64,000 nucleotides of DNA from an uncultured Elusimicrobia bacterium (lineage in GTDB: Bacteria > Elusimicrobiota > Elusimicrobia > 2-01-FULL-59-12), in the NCBI GenBank assembly GCA_963702895.1, contig OY969767.1, positions 1,696,001 through 1,760,000 of the forward strand, in the 5' to 3' direction. Position numbers and translations under genes: made by a program. Numbering within the stretch: position 1 is the first letter of the stretch; the number at the start of each line of letters is the position of its first letter. The notes beneath the pieces were generated by a model. It saw only the letters and a list, made by a program, of their open reading frames with translations. It made no database searches and was not told where the DNA came from. Below are positions 1 through 8,650 of the stretch, one piece after another.

Positions 1-633
1 CTTCTCGGGAGACTGCGTCAGGATAAACATGTCCTCCCGCGGGGGCGTGTCCGGGTTTTCCAAAATCCCCCCTTCAAAGCTGATGTGCCAGAGGTTCCGG
101 TCAGATGAATAGGGCTTTGATTTTGTGACGGGAACAGGGATCCCGTAGCGTTTGGCGTAGTCAATCTCATCTTCGCGTGACTTCATTTCCCACTCCCGCC
201 AGGGCGCGATGACTTTGACGTGCGGCATGAGCGCTTTAAACGCCAGCTCAAATCGGACCTGATCATTGCCTTTGCCGGTGGCGCCATGGCAAACCGCATC
301 CGCCCCCTCCTTCTTAGCGACCGCTATCACCTTCTCGGCGATGAGGGGCCTGGCGATCGAGGTCCCCAACAGGTATTTGCTCTCATAGACAGCCTGTGAT
401 TGGAGCGTCGGCCAGAGGTAATCCGTCACGAATTCGCGCCGGGCGTCAATCAAATAGAACTTGGAGGCACCTGTTTTGAGCGCCCGTTCCCTGAGACCGC
501 GTGTTTCCGAAGCCTGGCCAACATCCACGGCGCAGGCGATGACTTCGCTCTGGTAATGCTCCTTCACCCAGCGGAGGATCACAGACGTATCCAGGCCGCC
601 CGAATAGGCCACAACGACTTTCTTAAAACTCAT
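1..633 (-). CDS. argG: Argininosuccinate synthase, N-terminal part (runs off window start)
   Basis: Manual translation from ATG at 633: [20 protein letters not shown]..., later [10 protein letters not shown] and [14 protein letters not shown] motifs; follows argD. Confidence 0.96.
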   Translation of the reverse strand, partial: MSFKKVVVAYSGGLDTSVILRWVKEHYQSEVIACAVDVGQASETRGLRERALKTGASKFYLIDARREFVTDYLWPTLQSQAVYESKYLLGTSIARPLIAEKVIAVAKKEGADAVCHGATGKGNDQVRFELAFKALMPHVKVIAPWREWEMKSREDEIDYAKRYGIPVPVTKSKPYSSDRNLWHISFEGGILENPDTPPREDMFILTQSPEK

Positions 634-684
634 AAATTAACCCTTTATAAGTAATTGGAAGTAACGCCCTGGGACCGCACTTGC

Positions 685-758
685 CGTCATCCCTGCGAAA
701 GCAGGGATCCATCATGACCTGAATTTCATGGATTCCCGCTTACGACCGCGGGAATGAC
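685..758. repeat. CGTC/GTCAT-type REP-like palindromic element (paired hairpins)
   Basis: cgtcatccctgcgaaagcagggatcca ... tggattcccgc..gcgggaatgac. Related copies at ~19032-19230, 23753-23824, 24835-24871, 26806-26959, 29482-29600 and 49208-49284. Confidence 0.8.
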
Positions 759-906
759 AATGGGGTAAGTGTTTGAACGACGGTTTTAGGGTCGAAACTG
801 ATTATAATTTATATGGATTTATCGAGTCAAAACGAACTTATGACAGGTTGGATCGCATCAAGGGTCGCCCCGGCCCGCCTTTGCTTGAGTCAGAGCCTGT
901 ACCTGT

Positions 907-2115
907 CTACCCTTCGGTCTGTGTTTCTTGTGACGCGTGGGAGGATTTGCTCTGGTGATCAAACACTTTGGAAAGGATGCCGATCGCGAAGCGCCGCTCC
1001 GAGTCCGATAAGGCAAGCGGCGGAAGAAAGCGTAAGACATTCTCCTGGGTGCAATTGATGAGGAGACCTTTTGAACGACAGGCCTCCACCAATGGCGATC
1101 CGGGGATGGTGAGCTCCATGCCAAGCATGAGGCCCACGCCACGCAATTCTCGAACAAAAGAAAACCGGGTCAGAGGGTCGAGGTCCTTCCAGAGAGCTTG
1201 CCCTTGTTTCTTCACATTCTTCAGAAGGGTGGGCCCCAGCAGCTTGAGAACGGCAAGCGCCGCGCTCGCGCAGATCGGATTACCGCCAAAAGTGGTCCCA
1301 TGATCTCCCGGTTCCAGCGTTCTCGCCACTTTCTCGCTGCCGAGCATCGCCGCGATGGGCATCCCACCTCCTAGTCCCTTGGCCAGCGTCATCACATCCG
1401 GCGTCACGCCATAGGTTTCGTAACTGAAGAGATCGCCTGTCCTTCCCAAACTGCACTGCACACTGTCAAACATCAACAGCAGGCCATGCCGGTCGGCAAG
1501 CCTTCGCAAGTCCGCAAGGAAAGACAGTTGGCTCGGGCGTATGCCTCCCTCGCCCTGGATCGGCTCAATGAGGATGGCTGTCGTGCGCGGGCTGATGAGA
1601 CGCTCAACGGAATCGATCTGGTTGAATTTCGCAACAGGAAATCCCGGCGGGAGCGGTCCAAACCCCTCCTGAAACCTGGGCTGGGCCGTTGCCGCCAGTG
1701 CCCCAAGTGTCCGGCCATGGAAGGAATTCTGGAAGACGATGATTTCGTAACGTCCACCTGTCGAACCGAACTTCCGGGCAAGCTTGATGGCAGCTTCATT
1801 GGCTTCCGCTCCGGAATTACAAAGAAATACTTTTTTGGCAAAGGACCTCTTGCAGAGGGTCTCGGCCAGCCGCGCCGCGGGCTCCGTATAAAAGAGGTTG
1901 GACGCGTGCAGCAGCTTTTTCGATTGCGCCTTGATCGCGGAAACGACAGGCGGCAGGGCGTGCCCGATTCCGGAAACGGCCAGGCCGGAAAAGAAATCGA
2001 GGTACTTCTTCCCCTTTTCATCCCACACCCAGCTGCCTTGGGCGCGCTGGATCACAATCGGATTACGCCGGTAGGTGTTAAACTGGTAGAGATCGCTGAG
2101 TTTTTTTATGTCCAT
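907..2115 (-). CDS. argD: Acetylornithine aminotransferase (class III PLP enzyme)
   Basis: YLDFFSG, NSGAEANE, SFHGRT, EPIQGEGG, TLAKGLGGG, HGTTFGGNP; arg operon context. Confidence 0.93.
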   Translation of the reverse strand: MDIKKLSDLYQFNTYRRNPIVIQRAQGSWVWDEKGKKYLDFFSGLAVSGIGHALPPVVSAIKAQSKKLLHASNLFYTEPAARLAETLCKRSFAKKVFLCNSGAEANEAAIKLARKFGSTGGRYEIIVFQNSFHGRTLGALAATAQPRFQEGFGPLPPGFPVAKFNQIDSVERLISPRTTAILIEPIQGEGGIRPSQLSFLADLRRLADRHGLLLMFDSVQCSLGRTGDLFSYETYGVTPDVMTLAKGLGGGMPIAAMLGSEKVARTLEPGDHGTTFGGNPICASAALAVLKLLGPTLLKNVKKQGQALWKDLDPLTRFSFVRELRGVGLMLGMELTIPGSPLVEACRSKGLLINCTQENVLRFLPPLALSDSERRFAIGILSKVFDHQSKSSHASQETQTEG

Positions 2116-2558
2116 TAAAATCCGTCCGAGGTCCGACGTTCGACGCCAGAGACAGCTCCGGGAGCCACTTGCGCCACAGGTTCTTTCTTCAAGTATCGAA
2201 TAAACGGAATGACCATCGATTTAACCCTGTCTGCCATTTGATAAAGATCTTTGAAAATGAACTCGCTTATTAATTGCCGGTCTCTGGCTGCAAACAAGTG
2301 TGATTGTAACTCAGAAGCCGACTGCCTTGAGTAGACCAAATATCGGGCAAAGTCAGAATCCGATGCGGAATCAAAGCCCTCCGCAATATTGGCCATGATT
2401 GATACCGCCGACCGATCCATTTGATCAGCCAAGCTCCGGTGTGAGTAGGGCCATAATCTCGTCGCGTCAGAAACACTCTTTGCGAGCTGACGCGCCACCT
2501 GCCAAGCTTCGATGTCTCTGAACGATCGCAGTCCCATACTCCTTAGATGCGTTGTCAT
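2115..2558 (-). CDS. Four-helix-bundle protein (23S rRNA IVP / Avd-like family)
   Basis: SFRDIEAWQ..., LADQMDRSAVSIMANIAEGF, S(A)SELQSHL family signature. Confidence 0.9.
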   Translation of the reverse strand: MTTHLRSMGLRSFRDIEAWQVARQLAKSVSDATRLWPYSHRSLADQMDRSAVSIMANIAEGFDSASDSDFARYLVYSRQSASELQSHLFAARDRQLISEFIFKDLYQMADRVKSMVIPFIRYLKKEPVAQVAPGAVSGVERRTSDGF

Positions 2559-2567
2559 CGTATTGAT

Positions 2568-3377
2568 TCATTTTTCCGTCTTAGGACGGGTCGGAACAAA
2601 ACTGGTTCCTATCGCGTGCGGAGGTAATGTCGTGGCGAGGTTCACTTGATGAGCGATCGTGACTTTGGAAACACCCCGACGGAGAGCTTCAAGACAAGCG
2701 CGAGCTTTAACAGCCATGCCCCCTGTGATCGTCCCAGCAGCGATATATGTCTCAACCTGTGGGGCGCTGATTAGTTCGATCAAGCGACCCGAATGATCTC
2801 GGACGCCCCCCGTGTCTGTCATGAAGATGAGCTGGCTGGCCTGGCACGCGATCGCAAGCTCCTGCGCGAAATCGTCTGCGTTGACATTGAGAGATTCTCC
2901 ATGTTGTCCCATCGCAACGGAATAAAAGACCGGCAATCCAGGCTCTTGAAGAAGACGCGCGAAAACCCCCTGATCCACTTGGCTGGGCATACCGACAAGT
3001 CCAAGACCAGGGATTGGCCTGGCTCTCATAAGTTGGCTTGTCTTCCCACTGACAGAGTAAGCCTCCGCTCCTTCCCTCTTCAGTTGTGAAATGATCTGCT
3101 GATTGATTCGCGATAAGACTTCTTCGACAACAGCGATCGTCGCTTCATCCGTATAGCGCCTACCCTCCTCAAAACGGGCGGGAATTCTTCGGCGCTCCAA
3201 TTCCTTCGTAATTTCCTTGCCCCCGCCGTGTACAAGGATTACTTTCCCTCGATTCTCTTGACATGCGGGGTCCTGTTGTATCTTCCATTCACTGGCGAGC
3301 CGTTGAAGAAATCCTTCCCGAGTCGACGCATCCTCCAGAAGACTTCCTCCAAACTTGATGATAATAGGCCTCGTCAT
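2568..3377 (-). CDS. argB: Acetylglutamate kinase
   Basis: IIKFGGS, VHGGG, GRRYTD, NVNAD, TDTGGV, GGMAVK. Confidence 0.93.
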   Translation of the reverse strand: MTRPIIIKFGGSLLEDASTREGFLQRLASEWKIQQDPACQENRGKVILVHGGGKEITKELERRRIPARFEEGRRYTDEATIAVVEEVLSRINQQIISQLKREGAEAYSVSGKTSQLMRARPIPGLGLVGMPSQVDQGVFARLLQEPGLPVFYSVAMGQHGESLNVNADDFAQELAIACQASQLIFMTDTGGVRDHSGRLIELISAPQVETYIAAGTITGGMAVKARACLEALRRGVSKVTIAHQVNLATTLPPHAIGTSFVPTRPKTEK

Positions 3378-3419
3378 TGTGCTCCCGTTTTAGACGTCGG
3401 ACGTCGGACGTCGGACGAA

Positions 3420-3986
3420 TCAATCTTTCGCACGTCTAAGGAACGACAAAAAGGTGTCACCATACAACTCCTGTCGATACCGATCCCAGCCTGCCGAGGG
3501 CGCCACCGGCTCTTTGGCATGATGCTGGCCCACCACGAGGCCGCCGGACTTCAGCAGCCCGAGCCGACCAATCTCTTTGAGCGTCGGGACCGTCAGCGCG
3601 AAAGCGTTCCATTTCTGGTCATGGTAGGGCGGCCCCATAAAGATGATGTCAAAGGGGCCGCCGACGGCACCCAGACCCTTGGTGATGTCGGCCCGGACGA
3701 GGCGCGCGCGATCAAAGAGCCGGAGCATGGATAAATTCTGCCGGATGATACTTAAACAATTGGGGTTCATGTCGACAAAGGTCACGAAGCGCGCGCCTCG
3801 GGAAAGCGCCTCCAGGCCCACGGCACCGGAGCCCGCGTAGAGGTCGAGAAACTCAGCCCCTTCGATGCGTGGACGCAGAATGTCAAAGAGGGATTTCTTG
3901 ATCCGGGCCAGGATGGGCCTTACACCCTGCGCATGGGAAGGGCTTTTGAGGGCCCTGCGTTTTTCAGAACCTCCAATAATTCGCAT
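3420..3986 (-). CDS. rsmD: 16S rRNA m2G966 methyltransferase RsmD family
   Basis: MRIIGG start, LDLYAGSGAVGLEALSRGA, GPPY (DPPY variant), YGDT. Confidence 0.88.
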   Translation of the reverse strand: MRIIGGSEKRRALKSPSHAQGVRPILARIKKSLFDILRPRIEGAEFLDLYAGSGAVGLEALSRGARFVTFVDMNPNCLSIIRQNLSMLRLFDRARLVRADITKGLGAVGGPFDIIFMGPPYHDQKWNAFALTVPTLKEIGRLGLLKSGGLVVGQHHAKEPVAPSAGWDRYRQELYGDTFLSFLRRAKD

Positions 3987-3995
3987 AATGGTGAA

Positions 3996-4691
3996 GTGAT
4001 TATACTCAGAACGAAGGTGGCCCTCTTATGTTGCGCGCTGCTCCCCTTGAGTGCCACGCTCGTGCAGGCAAGACCTCTTGTGACCGGGAAGAAAACCCTT
4101 CTTATTGCCATCGGCGATTCCCTCACAGCGGGAGCGCCCTTTTTTGAGTCCCCCATCGAATATCCCCCGGATGGAAAAGGAGATCCTCAGGGCCAGTATG
4201 TCTATTGGATGGCGAGCAGGATGCCCCAATGGAAGGTTCTCAATTGGGGTGTCTCAGGTGAAACGTCGGCGCAAATTCGGGCGCGCTTTGAGGAAGCTTT
4301 GAAACAGGGGCCGCGCTATATCATCATTCTGGCGGGGACGAACGATATCACACAGGGCCTACCGCCAGAAAAAGTCGCGGATAACCTTTTATGGATGTAT
4401 GAGACCGCAAAAGCCCAAACCGTCATGCCGGTGGCGGTCACTCTCCCGCCGTTTGACGTGTCGACCACGCTCGAGGCCGCAAAAATCGACGTTCTCAACC
4501 GCTGGATCCGCAAGCAAGCCGATCTGATGCGCATCCCGATCGCGGATGCCGATAAGGCGCTTCGAAGCGCGGAGAATCCCCATAAGCTCAGCGGCACACT
4601 GGATGGCCGCCATCCCGACGTGGGGGGCTACCGAACCCTGGGCCTGAAGCTCATCGAGGCCATTGAACCCATCGAGAAAGCCTGGCGGTAG
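3996..4691 (+). CDS. Exported SGNH/GDSL hydrolase
   Basis: Signal peptide, GDSLT, NWGVSG, GTND, DGRHP. Start uncertain (GTG 3996). Confidence 0.85.
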   Translation: MIILRTKVALLCCALLPLSATLVQARPLVTGKKTLLIAIGDSLTAGAPFFESPIEYPPDGKGDPQGQYVYWMASRMPQWKVLNWGVSGETSAQIRARFEEALKQGPRYIIILAGTNDITQGLPPEKVADNLLWMYETAKAQTVMPVAVTLPPFDVSTTLEAAKIDVLNRWIRKQADLMRIPIADADKALRSAENPHKLSGTLDGRHPDVGGYRTLGLKLIEAIEPIEKAWR

Positions 4692-4706
4692 TCGCAAATC
4701 ATTAAG

Positions 4707-4829
<123 letters not shown>

Positions 4830-4841
4830 TTCCCAGGAACT

Positions 4842-4917
4842 TGGTGGACCGGATGGGACTTGAACCCACAGCCTCCTCCATGCCATGGAGGCGATCTCCC
4901 AATTGATCTACCGGCCC
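4842..4917 (-). tRNA. tRNA-Ala(GGC)
   Basis: GGGCCGG...CCGGTCCACCA with G3:U70; anticodon arm CCTCC-ATGGCAT-GGAGG; T-loop GTTCAAG; encoded CCA. Confidence 0.96.
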
Positions 4918-4930
4918 ACCCAGTTCCCGA

Positions 4931-5170
4931 TCACGCGAACTTACGGTGAAGCTCCTGTCTCCCCAATCCTGTCTTCAAATACTGCTCGCGCTGAACAGCT
5001 TGCTTACGCGTCTCAAATGCCTCTACCAGCAGTAAATCGAACGGCCTTGTGTTTCGTGTTGCAGCTGATCTCCCCTCGTTGTGTTCAGCCAGTCGCCTGT
5101 TAACATGGTCGGTAGAACCTGTATAAAACCGCCCATTTTTTCGGCTGATAAGAACATAGACATAATACAT
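4931..5170 (-). CDS. Small stand-alone GIY-YIG nuclease (UPF0213-like)
   Basis: MYYVYVL...FYTGST..RRLAEHN.G...T....PF......F.....A..RE..LK. Confidence 0.9.
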   Translation of the reverse strand: MYYVYVLISRKNGRFYTGSTDHVNRRLAEHNEGRSAATRNTRPFDLLLVEAFETRKQAVQREQYLKTGLGRQELHRKFA

Positions 5171-5225
5171 ACTTCGAACTCATCAAAGTCCTGGTTGGCC
5201 TCAGACAGCCACGAACTCACCAAAA

Positions 5226-5310
5226 TGGTGGGCGAATCGCCAGAAGCTTGGCGACCCACAGCCTGTCGCCAGACGTCTGGCGACCGATCTCCCAATTGAT
5301 CTACCGGCCC
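5226..5310 (-). pseudogene. tRNA-Ala-derived copy with anticodon and T arms replaced by palindromes
   Basis: 29-nt identity with the tRNA 5' region (5285-5313 = 4892-4920); retains AGGCTGTGGGT and terminal CCACCA. Confidence 0.75.
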
Positions 5311-5377
5311 ACCAATGTCCCAGGAAGCGGCTAAAATAGCAAATTACGGATTCTTCCTGCCAGATGTACGAAAGAAA

Positions 5378-6079
5378 TCAGATTCCGAATAACTGAATGG
5401 CTAAACCAGACGCAGCGACCGCAAGGCCCGCAAGCGTGTTGGCATGGACCTGGAGTCGTTGAAGAGGGAGCAAGCTCACCCCGTAGTAGCCAACCGAGAC
5501 CAGAGCCACCATCGTCCCGATCGTGGTGAAGCTGAACACTCCCGCCACCTGCATCGCGGTTCCCATCCCAACCTTGAGAGCAGGTACCATGATGAGCGGA
5601 ATCAGTGGCTCACAAGGGCCTAGGGCGAAAATGATGAACAGGCTCCAGGTTGTAATCAACCGCTGCGGACCGCTGGATTTAAACGCGCCATGGGTCGTCT
5701 CTGGCTCATGGACATGCAAATGGCCATCCCCGTGATCGTGCAGGTGTCTTTGTCTGCGCCTGCTCTTGGCGAAGGACCACCCGGCATAAGTCAGCCCAAA
5801 GAGAATCAGCGACCAGGCGGCTAAATGGCCTTGAATTTCTTGAAACACTCCGTATCGCTGCGCGCTGATCCCCAAGCCGACCCCGAGGAGCCCCAGCACC
5901 AGGGAAGAAACCACATGGGCGAGGCCGCATAAGAGGGTGAGCCTCAAGACCTTCCACAAGGACCAGCCTTGTGCCCGGCCAAGCACGATAAATGGCAAAG
6001 TGTGATCAAAACCCATCGCCGTGTGCACAAAGCCAACAGCAATGGCACTGGTCGCAAAGATAGGGAGGCTTGGATCCAT
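5378..6079 (-). CDS. His-rich membrane protein, putative Ni/Co permease (UreH/NicO/DsbD-like)
   Basis: HTAMGFDH, HV..S, HLHDHGDGHLHVH loop, PCEP motif, several TM helices. Confidence 0.75.
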   Translation of the reverse strand: MDPSLPIFATSAIAVGFVHTAMGFDHTLPFIVLGRAQGWSLWKVLRLTLLCGLAHVVSSLVLGLLGVGLGISAQRYGVFQEIQGHLAAWSLILFGLTYAGWSFAKSRRRQRHLHDHGDGHLHVHEPETTHGAFKSSGPQRLITTWSLFIIFALGPCEPLIPLIMVPALKVGMGTAMQVAGVFSFTTIGTMVALVSVGYYGVSLLPLQRLQVHANTLAGLAVAASGLAIQLFGI

Positions 6080-6087
6080 CGGTGAGA

Positions 6088-6591
6088 TTATTTCCCGGCT
6101 TTGGGTGCGAGCGCTTCCACCACAATCGAACTCACGGTGGTGCGGCCAATGACCTTCGTTCGCTTGTTGGCGGGGTCATTGATGATTCTTTCACCCACCG
6201 TAAAGCAATAGGCATACTCGCCAGGCGTCAGGGACGCGACATACGTCCAAGTTCCCCCGGCTTCCTTCTGCATAGGCTCTGCCTTCCACCCCGTGAAATC
6301 GGCTCGGATCGATACCTGTTTGGCGTTCGAGTTCCGGTAGGCAAACTTGATCTTTCTGAGGCCTGATTCCGTCGGCGCCGTGGGTGGAGCGGAGAGAAGC
6401 CCGCTGCCAGCGGCCCGAACAGGCGCTGTGGAGGGGCTCACGGAGCCCGGCGCAGGGGTGACGACCGTGCGCTTCACCATCGTCTTCAAAAGGGGCAGAC
6501 GACCTTTCACATGTCGAAACAGTACATACGTGCCCCCTGCGATCAAGAGGAGGTCGAAGAGGATAAACAAAACAAGGAAGAATTTTTTCAT
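6088..6591 (-). CDS. Membrane-anchored glycogen-binding (CBM48/AMPK-beta-like) domain protein
   Basis: N-terminal TM, Pro/Ala linker, AKQVSIRADFTGW...M....GTW....LTPGEYAY.F.V......DPAN. Confidence 0.8.
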   Translation of the reverse strand: MKKFFLVLFILFDLLLIAGGTYVLFRHVKGRLPLLKTMVKRTVVTPAPGSVSPSTAPVRAAGSGLLSAPPTAPTESGLRKIKFAYRNSNAKQVSIRADFTGWKAEPMQKEAGGTWTYVASLTPGEYAYCFTVGERIINDPANKRTKVIGRTTVSSIVVEALAPKAGK

Positions 6592-7040
6592 TTCGGAATA
6601 TTGAGACTCTTTTGCAGGATATCGACCTGCTGGATCACATTGCCAACAATTTTGAGCAGCTTATCGATGGTCTCCGGAGAAAAACCCTGCCCTACTCCCC
6701 CGGCTGGGGCAGCGCCCGGAGCGCCTGCGCCCACGGCTTGTTTTGTGAGGACCGATTGCATCTCCGCAAGACGCTGCGTCATGCTTTCCAGTCGCTCCGC
6801 CACGTCACGTGACACTCCAGCCAGAGGTGGGGAGGCGGAGGGCGTCACCGCAAGAGGTGGACGAAAGACAGGGCCGCCCAGATCGGGAGCGGTGCCGGAG
6901 AGACTATCCAAGAGAGGGTCCTCGACCGCACCGGAGGACAGCTTTCGAAGTCTGGAGACACCCCAGAAAAAGCCAATAATGCCGAAAAGAACAACACCCG
7001 CCGAAATCCATACGACGGGGTCAAAGAGAAGTGAATTCAT
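6588..7040 (-). CDS. Hypothetical single-TM protein with coiled coil
   Basis: N-terminal hydrophobic helix; overlaps the start of the downstream gene (operon-like). Confidence 0.65.
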   Translation of the reverse strand: MNSLLFDPVVWISAGVVLFGIIGFFWGVSRLRKLSSGAVEDPLLDSLSGTAPDLGGPVFRPPLAVTPSASPPLAGVSRDVAERLESMTQRLAEMQSVLTKQAVGAGAPGAAPAGGVGQGFSPETIDKLLKIVGNVIQQVDILQKSLNIPK

Positions 7041-7071
7041 ATCGGGTTTTTACCATATTCCAAGGTCCGGT

Positions 7072-7899
7072 TCAACGCAGGGGCACGTCATTCAGAAGAA
7101 CGCCTAATAAAATGTCTTGGCGCTCGCCTAATTTTTGAATCGATTTTCGGACCCGTTCCGGAGGCGTGCGACCGTATTGATTGATGATAATAATGCCGTC
7201 CACCTTGTCCGCCAGGGTCGTCACATCAGGATAGAGGAGGATCGGCGGACCTTCGACGAAAACCACATCATAAAGGGACCGCATCTCGGCAAGGAGTCGG
7301 TGAAAGGCGGGCGTTCCCCATTGCATTTCGGGATAGGCCACGACGGGACCCGCCGGCAAGACTCGAACACCTGTCGTTTCGGAGGCCCGGACCGCGATGG
7401 AAAGATTGATCGATCGCTGCAGGCAGCCGGACAAGCCGGGCTGTAGTTCGAGCGACAGGGCGCGACTGATGCGTGGTGAACGCGTGTGCGCCTCCACAAC
7501 CAGGGTCTTGACGTTTCGACGCTGCGCGGCGATGGCCAGGTTGACGCAAGAAAGGGATGCCCCCTCGCCGGAGACAGTCCCCGCGAGCAACCACACTTTT
7601 TGTCGGCGTGTTCGCGATCGCTCCAGAATTTCCTTGACGAGCGACTCATAGGCGAGCGCGGCGGGCGAATGTTCAGGGAAGTGAATCAGAAGCCGGGAGG
7701 ACCATCGCCCCTCGAGATCGATACGGCGTGTGCGGGGCCCCTGTTGGGGTTCAGTGCTTTTGCGTCGTTCCAGGTGCGGGATAATCGCGACCACGGGAAG
7801 GTGAAGCGCCGCTTCAATCTCCTCTGGAGAAACCACGCTCGGCCCGGACCATCGCCGCCAGAGCGCTCCAAGCCACGACAGGAAGTCCGTCACAAACAA
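7072..7899 (-). CDS. CpsD/CapB (Wzc cytoplasmic domain)-like protein with degenerate Walker motifs
   Basis: EIEAALHLPVVAIIP linker, GEGASLS, NLAIA, YDVVFVEGPP, VDG, LGVLLN. No Tyr-rich tail. Confidence 0.75.
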   Translation of the reverse strand: MFVTDFLSWLGALWRRWSGPSVVSPEEIEAALHLPVVAIIPHLERRKSTEPQQGPRTRRIDLEGRWSSRLLIHFPEHSPAALAYESLVKEILERSRTRRQKVWLLAGTVSGEGASLSCVNLAIAAQRRNVKTLVVEAHTRSPRISRALSLELQPGLSGCLQRSINLSIAVRASETTGVRVLPAGPVVAYPEMQWGTPAFHRLLAEMRSLYDVVFVEGPPILLYPDVTTLADKVDGIIIINQYGRTPPERVRKSIQKLGERQDILLGVLLNDVPLR

Positions 7900-7980
7900 T
7901 GGCCCAGATAGGACTTCCCGCCACTCCGGCTTAGGCGGGCCCGCCTAGGACTTAGTGGCGGGGAACCTACACGCATACCA

Positions 7981-8068
7981 TGGTGGCCAGAGCGGGAATC
8001 GAACCCGCATGCCCGCGAAGGGCACAGGTTTTTGAGACCTGCGCGTCTACCAGTTCCGCCATCTGGCC
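7981..8068 (-). tRNA. tRNA-Leu(CAA)
   Basis: GGCCAGA/TCTGGCC acceptor, CAGGT-CTCAAAA-ACCTG anticodon arm, long variable arm, GGTTCGATTCC, CCA. Confidence 0.96.
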
Positions 8069-8174
8069 AAAATCTCGCCACTGGGCCATGCTGCGGATTT
8101 TACTATACCGGCCACCCGTTATTCGATTTAATAGCCGGATGGCGAAGCAGGAAATCTTCATAGGTACGTTTTCT

Positions 8175-8406
8175 CCTCTTTCCCTGGAGAAGGGACCTGC
8201 TCGCTCCAGCGAAATTTCCCCCTCCATGGCCCAAGCCCTGCAGGGCCACGGAGGGTCAGCGTTTTGGCTTCGGGCAGCCTGCGGAACTCGGATCCTTTCC
8301 CAAAAGGGCAGCGGTCGGTCCTCACACAGTCCTCGGCTGGGCACGCCCTCGCCAAAACGCTTGAAATTTCGAGTCGCTCGCCAGGCCCCTTCTCCAAAGA
8401 AAGAGG
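8175..8406 (-). ncRNA. Putative rod-folding structured non-coding element, copy 1
   Basis: Nested stems 8175-8199/8382-8406, GAAATTTC pair, AGCGTTTTGGC/GCCAAAACGCT; G-U wobbles favour the minus strand; core shared with copy 2. Confidence 0.6.
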
Positions 8407-8430
8407 TTCCACCCCTTGAAAGCGTGAATC

Positions 8431-8623
8431 TCCTTGTTGTGGGGGAGGGAGGCAGCGAACGACTCGCGGACGGCGGCTGGGTGGTGAGCGCGTCCAGCCG
8501 AGGATGTGTGAGCCTCGACCTATGTTGTACAGGAAAGAGGCGAGTTCCGCAGGCTGCGCGAACCACCCAGCCGGGGTGTCCGGGAGCGCCGGAGTGAGAC
8601 GCCTCCCTCCCCCACGGCAAGGA
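8431..8623 (+). ncRNA. Putative rod-folding structured non-coding element, copy 2
   Basis: Stems TCCTTGTTGTGGGGGAGGGAGGC/GCCTCCCTCCCCCACGGCAAGGA and CGGCTGGGTGGT/ACCACCCAGCCG; G-U wobbles favour the plus strand. Confidence 0.6.
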
Positions 8624-8650
8624 ACTCCAAAGATTCCTTGCTCTTGCCGA

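Noticed and set aside
1455..1470. ArgD DSVQ instead of the usual DEVQ motif
   Set aside because: A single substitution with the PLP-binding Asp and Lys intact; not enough to claim altered function.
2115..2558. Diversity-generating retroelement (Avd-like gene)
   Set aside because: No reverse transcriptase or TR/VR pair in the window. The 175-bp SRAP repeat differences are not adenine-specific.
8272..8560. Hammerhead, T-box, SRP or RNase P identity for the paired elements
   Set aside because: TGTGTGAG...GAAA only loosely resembles CUGAUGA...GAAA. The canonical cores of these families are not present.
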